Below, one piece after another: positions 1 through 6,608 of a stretch of DNA of 43,306 bases. How positions within the stretch are numbered: position 1 is the stretch's first letter; each line of letters starts with the position of its first letter. The notes below the pieces were generated by a model, which was not told where the DNA came from, did no database searches, and was given only the letters and a program-made list of their open reading frames with translations. The stretch is taken from assembly GCA_038042445.1 (NCBI GenBank), contig JBBTED010000038.1, positions 1-43,306 on the forward strand, given 5' to 3'. The position numbers were made by a program, and so were the translations under genes. The stretch is from Candidatus Firestoneibacteriota bacterium. Its GTDB lineage: Bacteria; Oederibacteriota; D2-FULL-39-29; JBBTED01.

Positions 1-1
1 T

Positions 2-976
2 ACGCAAAATAATAAATATATTCCTGTTTTTCTTGCGCCAATGGCAGGTGTTACTGATATTGCTTTTCGCTCAATTTGCAAAAAAATGGGAGCAAGTTTT
101 GTATTCACTGAGATGGTGAGTGCTGCCGGAGTAATCAGACAAAATAAAAAAACATTAAAATTAATACAAATTACTGAAGAAGAAAGACCTGTTGGAATAC
201 AGATTTTTGGAAATGTTCCTAACATTATGGCAGAAGCTGTATCTATAATAGGTGAAAATGCGGATATAATTGATATAAACTTTGGATGTCCTGCAAAAAA
301 TATTGTACGAAATAATGGAGGAGCATCGCTTTTAAAAGAGCCACAACTTATAGGAGAAATAGTAAAAGCAGTTGTGCAAACAGCTAAAGTTCCTGTAACT
401 GCAAAAATCAGAATTGGATGGGATGATAACGCAATTAATGCAATTGAAATATCAAAAATTATAGAAGATGCAGGTGCAAAAGCAATAACTGTTCATGCAA
501 GAACTTATTCGCAGGGGTTCAGTGGGAAGGCAGACTGGAATGTTATAAAAAATGTAAAGTCTAATGTCAAAATTCCAGTTATAGGTAATGGGGATATTAA
601 AACTCCGGAAGATGCAAAAAGAATATTGGAAGAAACAGGTTGTGATGGTATAATGATAGGAAGAGCAAGTTTAGGTAACCCCTGGATATTTAAAAGAATA
701 ATTGAATATTTAAAAACAGGCGAAATATTACAAGAGCCTACATTAACTGAAATTGCAGAAATGATAATAGAACATTTTAATTACTTTGTAAAAATCAAAG
801 GAGAACTTGTTGCAACAAGAGAAATACGCAAGCATATAGGTTGGTATGTAAAAGGAATACCTGGTGCATCAGAGTTAAGGCAAAAAGTAAATGTATCTAA
901 AACCAAAGAAGAGACAATAGATGTTTTAAATAAATTTTTCTTTCCAAGAAAGTTGGTGTTAAATTATGCCCAATAA
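2..976 (+). CDS. dusB: tRNA-dihydrouridine synthase DusB (5' end outside window)
   Basis: The frame stays open upstream of the ATG at 41 (TQNNKYIPVFLAPMAGVTD), so the true start lies before base 1. Motifs LAPMAG, DINFGCP, GGASLL, VHART, GNGDI and MIGRA. Confidence 0.93.
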   Translation, partial: TQNNKYIPVFLAPMAGVTDIAFRSICKKMGASFVFTEMVSAAGVIRQNKKTLKLIQITEEERPVGIQIFGNVPNIMAEAVSIIGENADIIDINFGCPAKNIVRNNGGASLLKEPQLIGEIVKAVVQTAKVPVTAKIRIGWDDNAINAIEISKIIEDAGAKAITVHARTYSQGFSGKADWNVIKNVKSNVKIPVIGNGDIKTPEDAKRILEETGCDGIMIGRASLGNPWIFKRIIEYLKTGEILQEPTLTEIAEMIIEHFNYFVKIKGELVATREIRKHIGWYVKGIPGASELRQKVNVSKTKEETIDVLNKFFFPRKLVLNYAQ

Positions 977-1727
977 ACATTTTCATTTATCAGTAGAGGA
1001 ATTATTAAAGAAAGTTCAAGACGGTAAACTTGAAATAAAAGATGCTATTTATAAGTTAAAATGTCTGCCTTATGAGGATTTGGGTTTTGCAAAAACTGAT
1101 GGGCACAGAGTTTTAAGACAGGGTTTTCCAGAAGTTATCTTTTGCGAAAATAAGACTACAGAACATATTATTAAAATTATTGGCAGTTTGAGAAAATCAG
1201 GAAATGTTATTCTTGCTACAAGAGTGGAACCCCAAGTTTTTTTAAAGATAAAAAAGAAATATCTAAATGCAAAATACAATAAAGCAGCACGTGCAGTTTC
1301 CATTCAAAAAACAACAATAAAAAAAATCGGTAATATTCTTGTTGTTTCAGCAGGGACAGCAGATATTCCAGTTGCAGAAGAAGCTGCATTTACTGCAGAA
1401 TGTATGGGTGGTAATGTAGAAAGATTATACGATGTTGGTGTTGCAGGAATTCATAGACTACTTGGGGAAAAAGAAAAAATTTTTAAAGCCACAGCAATTA
1501 TAGTAGTAGCTGGTATGGAAGGAGCTCTTGCAAGTGTAGTTGGCGGGCTTGTAAGTGTGCCTGTTATTGCAGTTCCAACAAGTATAGGATATGGCGCAAG
1601 TTTTAAAGGTGTAGCTGCATTGCTTTCTATGCTAAACAGTTGTTCTCCAAATGTATCAGTTGTAAACATAGACAATGGTTTTGGTGCAGGTTTTATAGCT
1701 AGCCTTATAAATAAAAATAAACTATGA
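966..1727 (+). CDS. larB: Nickel pincer cofactor biosynthesis protein LarB (AIR carboxylase-like)
   Basis: Motifs DGHRVLRQGFPEVIF, AGTADIPVAEEA, DVGVAGIHRL, AGMEGAL, PTSIGYG, MLNSC and VVNIDNGFGA. Overlaps larC. Confidence 0.93.
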   Translation: MPNKHFHLSVEELLKKVQDGKLEIKDAIYKLKCLPYEDLGFAKTDGHRVLRQGFPEVIFCENKTTEHIIKIIGSLRKSGNVILATRVEPQVFLKIKKKYLNAKYNKAARAVSIQKTTIKKIGNILVVSAGTADIPVAEEAAFTAECMGGNVERLYDVGVAGIHRLLGEKEKIFKATAIIVVAGMEGALASVVGGLVSVPVIAVPTSIGYGASFKGVAALLSMLNSCSPNVSVVNIDNGFGAGFIASLINKNKL

Positions 1728-2881
1728 AGATTATATATTTTGATTGTTTCTCGGGTATTTCAGGTGATATGACTTTAGGTGCATTAATTGACGCTGGTTT
1801 AAAATTTAGCGATTTAAAATCTGAACTGTCAAAACTTAAAATTTCAGGATATAAATTGAGCGTGTCTAAAGTTAAAAGAGCGGGTATTACAGCAACAAAA
1901 TTCAATGTTGAAATTACCCAAAAAAGTAAATCGCATAGAGGTATAAATGATATTATAAAAATTATAAATAAAAGTTTGCTTTCTTCTAATGTAAAAGAAT
2001 TAAGCAAGAATATTTTTTTGAAATTAGCCCAAGCAGAAGCGAAAGTTCATAACAAAAAAATTTCTGATGTGCATTTTCATGAAGTTGGAGCAATTGATTC
2101 AATTATTGATATTGTAGGCACTGCTATTGCAATTGAAAAACTAAAAATTGATGAAATTTATTCTTCATCTGTTAATTTGGGTTATGGAACTATTAAGTGC
2201 GAGCACGGAATTTTGCCTGTTCCAGCTCCCGCAACAGCACATCTTATGCAGGGTATTCCTGCATATAGTTCAAAAATTTCAGATATTGATAATATAGAAT
2301 TAACTACACCTACAGGAGCAGTGATTCTTAAAACTTTAGGTAATGGATTTGGAAAAATGCCATTGATGCAAATTGAAAATATAGGATATGGTGCAGGGAA
2401 CAATGATTTTAAGAACTATCCAAATGTTTTAAGGGTTTTTATAAGCAAAGCAACAAAGGACTATGTAACAGATACTATTAATATAATAGAAGCGAACATA
2501 GATGATTTGAATCCATTGGTTTATGGGTATTTAATGGAGCAATTGTTTTCAAAAGGCGCTTTGGATGTAACACTTACACCTACAATAATGAAGAAAAACA
2601 GGCCTGGAATTATTTTATCTGTATTAACTGAAAAATATTATATGTCTGAAATTATTGATTTAATTTTTGCTGAGACAACAACTTTTGGTGTGCGCACTTA
2701 TGAAGTAGAGCGTTATAAACTTGAACGTGAGATAAAAGAAATAAAAACCAAGTTTGGAAAAATAAAATTCAAGATCGGAAAACTCAAAAATAAAATTCTA
2801 ACAATTTCACCAGAATATGAAGACTGCAAAAAAATAGCAATAAAAAACAAAATCCCGTTGAAGAATATTTTAAACATTTAA
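1724..2881 (+). CDS. larC: Nickel pincer cofactor nickel insertase LarC
   Basis: Motifs FDCFSGISGDMTLGAL, VHFHEVGAIDSIIDI, HGILPVPAPAT, ELTTPTGA, EANIDD, MKKNRPG, ETTTFGVR and PEYEDC. Confidence 0.95.
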   Translation: MKIIYFDCFSGISGDMTLGALIDAGLKFSDLKSELSKLKISGYKLSVSKVKRAGITATKFNVEITQKSKSHRGINDIIKIINKSLLSSNVKELSKNIFLKLAQAEAKVHNKKISDVHFHEVGAIDSIIDIVGTAIAIEKLKIDEIYSSSVNLGYGTIKCEHGILPVPAPATAHLMQGIPAYSSKISDIDNIELTTPTGAVILKTLGNGFGKMPLMQIENIGYGAGNNDFKNYPNVLRVFISKATKDYVTDTINIIEANIDDLNPLVYGYLMEQLFSKGALDVTLTPTIMKKNRPGIILSVLTEKYYMSEIIDLIFAETTTFGVRTYEVERYKLEREIKEIKTKFGKIKFKIGKLKNKILTISPEYEDCKKIAIKNKIPLKNILNI

Positions 2882-2889
2882 ATAAAAAA

Positions 2890-2953
2890 TGTCATTCTGA
2901 GGTGAAACCGAAGAATCTCGCTTTTGAGATGTTTCGCTTCGCTCAACATGACA
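2890..2953. repeat. TGTCAT-tagged palindromic element (full two-arm copy)
   Basis: TGTCATTCTGAGGTGAAACCGAAGAATCTC...GAGATGTTTCGCTTCGCTCAACATGACA. The ends are inverted repeats and it is closely similar to 6415-6494. Confidence 0.85.
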
Positions 2954-2967
2954 ATAGCGGATAATTT

Positions 2968-3621
2968 ATGGATACTAAAATCTTAGGTATAGATGAAGCA
3001 GGAAGGGGCTGTGTAATTGGCCCTATGGTTTTGTGCGGGGTTGTTATGAAAAAACATTTTGAGCCAGAGCTTAAAAAAATAGGTGTTAAGGATTCAAAAG
3101 AATTAACACCTAAAAAGAGAACCAATCTTATAAGTGTAATGAAAAATTTAGTGGATGAAGTAATAATAATTGAAGTTTCACCAGAGGAAATAGATAGTGT
3201 GTCTCTTACTACTCTTGAAATGTTAAAAATGGCAGAAATAATTAAAAAAGTAAGTGTAGATATTGTATATTTTGATGCGCCTGTTCCTCCTGGTGCTATT
3301 GGAAAATTTTCCAGAGCTCTTAAATGGAATATAGGTGTTAGTTTTGATAAAACTAAAATTATAGGTGAAAACAAAGCGGATAAAAATTATCCTGTAGTTG
3401 GAGCAGCATCAATATTTGCAAAAGTGCGAAGAGATGAAATTATAAATCAAATCAAAGAGGAATATGGAGATTTTGGCTCTGGTTATACTTCAGATAAAAA
3501 TACAATAATATTTCTGAAAGAATATTACAATAAACATAAAAATTTCCCAAAATCAATATTCAGGTCAAAATGGAGCACTTTACAAAGATTCTATAAAAAA
3601 GAACCCCAAGTTCTTGTGTGA
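2968..3621 (+). CDS. rnhB: Ribonuclease HII, archaeal-like type
   Basis: Motifs GIDEAGRG, GVKDSK, KADKNYPVVGAASIFAKVRRD, GDFGSGYTSD and RSKW. Confidence 0.92.
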   Translation: MDTKILGIDEAGRGCVIGPMVLCGVVMKKHFEPELKKIGVKDSKELTPKKRTNLISVMKNLVDEVIIIEVSPEEIDSVSLTTLEMLKMAEIIKKVSVDIVYFDAPVPPGAIGKFSRALKWNIGVSFDKTKIIGENKADKNYPVVGAASIFAKVRRDEIINQIKEEYGDFGSGYTSDKNTIIFLKEYYNKHKNFPKSIFRSKWSTLQRFYKKEPQVLV

Positions 3622-3675
3622 AAGTCCAATATTTACAAGCATTTTTGTTAAAGTAAAATATTTTCTAAATAAAAC

Positions 3676-3704
3676 TTGACATTTCTGTTTAAAAGTAGTA
3701 TACT
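3676..3704 (+). promoter_or_regulatory. Sigma70-type promoter
   Basis: TTGACA (3676-3681), 17-bp spacer, TATACT (3699-3704). An AGGAGG ribosome-binding site precedes the ATG at 3782. Confidence 0.7.
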
Positions 3705-3718
3705 TATATACATAAGTA
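3701..3718. promoter_or_regulatory. Candidate repressor operator overlapping the -10 box and transcription start
   Basis: Palindrome TACTTAT-ATAC-ATAAGTA. A GntR-type HTH regulator gene lies just downstream. Confidence 0.4.
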
Positions 3719-3781
3719 ACTAATAGCAAATTTATAACTGTTATTCTGTTACTGTAAAACATTACACAGGAGGGAAAAGAA

Positions 3782-4382
3782 ATGAAGAAAATCGTAGATT
3801 TAAGTGTGCGAATAGCAAAAGTATGTTTGGCAGTTTTTGTATTAGCAATGATTTTTGAAACAATAGGTGAAGCTGTAGTTAAACCAAATGAAGTATTAAT
3901 TCTTGTAGATGGTAATTCAGGTGTTTCAAAGAGGGTAGGGGAATATTATGCTTTAAAACGTGGAATTCCTGTAGAAAATATACTATATCTTAATCTATCT
4001 TCAAATGTTATTGTTACGTATTCTCTAACAGAGTATCAAACAACAATAGAACAACCTGTTGTAAATTATATACAGAATACAAATCCTTCAATAAAATGTA
4101 TTGTGTTATCCTGGGGTTTTGCAATTAAAGTTGATATAGATCCAAAAATAGACAGGGATGAATCTGCAAATAAAAGCGAAGCTTCTGTTTTAGCGAGCAT
4201 GCAATATGAAGAAGGTCGTATTGCGGGTAATGGGCGAATCGAGCTGGATGTGGCCGGAATGGCTGGAGAAGGGTGATAATGTCCAGTTGGCGATGAATAT
4301 TTTCAATTGGCTGGCTGGAAAGGAAATAGAAAAATTAAACAGAGACGAAATTAAAAAAAATATTGATCCCAATTTGGATTAA
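3782..4382 (+). pseudogene. Chimeric remnant: signal peptide and N-terminus of a TIGR03790-type protein fused to a frameshifted C-terminus of an unrelated gene
   Basis: PNEVLILVDGNSGVSKRVGEYYALKRGIP parallels PENVLVIVNDSSADSKTIGDYYKQKRNIP of the 6609 ORF but stops early. After GRIA, a +1 frame (4227-4382) reads VMGESSWMWPEWLEKGDNVQLAMNIFNWLAGKEIEKLNRDEIKKNIDPNLD*. Confidence 0.6.
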
Positions 4383-4434
4383 TTATAATATTGTGGTTGT
4401 AAAATATTATGGCGATGTGTTATATAAATAAATT

Positions 4435-5529
4435 ATGAATAATGACCTGAAATATCAAATAGTAAAAGATTTTATTATATCAAAAATCAGAAAACAAGAA
4501 CTCAAACCTACAGATTTAGTTCCTTCAGAAAGGGAATTAAGTCAAAAATTTGATATTAGTCAAAGCACAGTAGTGCGTGCTTTACGTGAATTGGTCCAAT
4601 CAGAAGTGTTGTACAGAATACAAGGTAAAGGTACATTTGTAGCAGATTATTCAAAGAATAAACCTAAAACCATAGGAATATTAATGCTTGATAAACCTAC
4701 TATGGTAACTACTTCAGCTCAGATATCACTTTTTGAAAAAATGAAATATCTAATGACTGAATTAAATATTTGTGGATATACATTAAGTTTTTTTACGGTT
4801 ACAGAAAGTATTATTCAGGAAAAGATATGCGATAAAATTTTAAAAGAAAATACTGTAGGCGGAATAATAATGTTTTCAAAAAAAGAATTAGAAAAAGCGA
4901 TAGATATTTTTAAAAAAGAAAATTATCCTTATGTGGTTTTATATGATAATGAATTAGATGAAAGTATTGAAGCAGTTACTATTGATGATGAATATGGGGC
5001 ATATGAAGCTACAAAATATTTAATTGGTCTTGGGCATAAAAAAATTGGAATAATATGTAGTCCACTTACTATATGCTGTTACAAACAACGAATGTTGGGT
5101 TATAAAAAAGCTCTACAGGAATCTGGTATTGAAATAGATGAAAATTTAATAAAAATTGCATCAGTTGGTGGAAGTGAAGGTGGATATATGGGAATGTTAG
5201 AATTGTTAAAATTAAAAAATCTACCGAGTGCTGTATTTTGTTGTAGTGATTTTAAAGCATCAGGAGCTATGGAAGCAATTAAAGAAAAAAATCTATCAAT
5301 ACCAAAAGATATATCAATTGTTGGGTTCGATGGTTTGGAATTTTCAAAACAATTACAACCTCCACTTACTACTGTGCAAATTCCTCATTCTGAAATTTCA
5401 AAAGAAGGAATAAAAATGTTGACTACATGGATAACAGATAAAAAGCCAAAAGTATATAAAAAAATTATAAAACCAAGTTTAGTGATAAGAGAATCCGCAA
5501 CAAAAAAATATAAAACAGAGCGTCAATAA
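4435..5529 (+). CDS. GntR-HTH plus LacI-type sugar-binding domain transcriptional regulator (AraR-like architecture)
   Basis: N-terminal PSERELSQKFDISQSTVVRAL...GKGTFV. C-terminal GHKKIGII, AVFCCSD, IPKDISIVGFDG, PPLTTV and LVIRES. Confidence 0.9.
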   Translation: MNNDLKYQIVKDFIISKIRKQELKPTDLVPSERELSQKFDISQSTVVRALRELVQSEVLYRIQGKGTFVADYSKNKPKTIGILMLDKPTMVTTSAQISLFEKMKYLMTELNICGYTLSFFTVTESIIQEKICDKILKENTVGGIIMFSKKELEKAIDIFKKENYPYVVLYDNELDESIEAVTIDDEYGAYEATKYLIGLGHKKIGIICSPLTICCYKQRMLGYKKALQESGIEIDENLIKIASVGGSEGGYMGMLELLKLKNLPSAVFCCSDFKASGAMEAIKEKNLSIPKDISIVGFDGLEFSKQLQPPLTTVQIPHSEISKEGIKMLTTWITDKKPKVYKKIIKPSLVIRESATKKYKTERQ

Positions 5530-5545
5530 AAAAAGGAGGTAAAGT

Positions 5546-6154
5546 ATGAGTTTAAGCAGAAAATGGTTTTTAGTAGTATTATCGGTTATTTTTGGGGTAG
5601 GCAATACAATTTTTGCTCAAAAAATTGAGGCGAAGAATTTAGTTCCAAATGCTGATTTTGAGGAAATGGGTGTAGGTTGGACTAATCAAGCAATGAAAGA
5701 TGGAAAAACTGTAAAAGTGGAAATAGGTGGATGGGTAACAGATGAGCTTCACTCAGGAAAATATTCTTTACAAGTAATTAACGCTGATCCAAATTTAAGG
5801 GCTGATTGGGCGTCGGATTACTTTTCTTGTGAGGCGGGGGAAAAAATACAATATTCATACTGGCTTAAAACATTTTCACTGAAAAAGTGTGAAGGCGGAT
5901 ATTTTGAGGTAAGATTATCGGTATATGATAAAGATAAAAACCGTTTGAAAGCTTATGGTAAATATCCAGGTTATGGTGCTATCTCACCAAAAGAATTAGC
6001 TGAATTATTAGAAGCAGTTAAGAGCGATTGGATAGAATATAAAGCTGAAATAACTTTACCTGCAGAAACTAAATATGTAAATATATCATTACTGATGGCT
6101 AATTTCACTGGTGTTGTATGGTTAGATGATGTAGAAGTAATTAATTTACCGTAG
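5546..6154 (+). CDS. Secreted protein with a carbohydrate-binding (CBM4/9-like) jelly-roll domain
   Basis: AGGAGGT ribosome-binding site and signal peptide ending IFA. Motifs NLVPNADFE, HSGKYSLQV and GVVWLDDVEV. Confidence 0.65.
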   Translation: MSLSRKWFLVVLSVIFGVGNTIFAQKIEAKNLVPNADFEEMGVGWTNQAMKDGKTVKVEIGGWVTDELHSGKYSLQVINADPNLRADWASDYFSCEAGEKIQYSYWLKTFSLKKCEGGYFEVRLSVYDKDKNRLKAYGKYPGYGAISPKELAELLEAVKSDWIEYKAEITLPAETKYVNISLLMANFTGVVWLDDVEVINLP

Positions 6155-6188
6155 AAGTAGAAAATAATTCTCCTTTAGTCCGAGCGAG

Positions 6189-6216
6189 GTAGAGACGCAT
6201 TGCAATGCGTCTCTAC
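6189..6216. repeat. GTAG-tagged REP-like perfect palindrome
   Basis: GTAGAGACGCATTGCAATGCGTCTCTAC, a 28-bp perfect palindrome with GTAG/CTAC ends. Confidence 0.85.
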
Positions 6217-6354
6217 GCAATACCATATTGTTCCCTTTAGAAAGGACGAAACATGAAAATACATAGCAAAGATGATGATTGCATATATTTTTGAGAATGT
6301 ATTAAAACAAATTAACCCGAAAAAGGAAGAACTTTAATTCTATTTTCTAATTTA

Positions 6355-6554
6355 ATAATGGGGTAATCTTAGGTGGTATTGGTAGCCGCAGGCTTTAGAG
6401 CTTGTGCCAAAAGGTGTCATTCTGAGGCGATAGCCGAAGAATCTCGTTTAAAAGTCTTTTAAAAACGAGATCCTTCACTTCGTTCAGGATGACAAAATGG
6501 AGTTTTGGCACAGGCTCTAAAGCCTGCGGCTACCACCAATAACTGACCCATTAT
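6355..6554. mobile_element. Non-autonomous MITE-like element with nested repeats
   Basis: Termini ATAATGGG/CCCATTAT, flanked by direct repeats CTAATTTA (6347-6354 and 6555-6562). Contains a 32-bp inverted repeat with one mismatch (6381-6412 / 6503-6534) and an inner TGTCAT element (6415-6494). Confidence 0.7.
6415..6494. repeat. TGTCAT-tagged palindromic element (innermost layer of the nested element)
   Basis: TGTCATTCTGAGGCGATAGCCGAAGAATCTC...GAGATCCTTCACTTCGTTCAGGATGACA. Confidence 0.85.
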
Positions 6555-6608
6555 CTAATTTATTAAAATGTGTTGTATATTTAAGGTAAAAAGCGGTAAT
6601 ATTAGGGT

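Noticed and set aside
1724..2881. Programmed frameshift in larC
   Set aside because: Both LarC domains are in a single uninterrupted frame.
4274..4279. Selenocysteine or stop readthrough, or an alternative genetic code, extending the 3782 ORF
   Set aside because: The TGA is immediately followed by TAA. Other genes ending in TGA have normal lengths, so the standard bacterial code fits.
6155..6608. Autonomous IS or transposase gene in the repeat-rich gap
   Set aside because: The ORF track shows nothing of 60 aa or more here, and I see no DDE or HUH motifs. The elements are non-autonomous.
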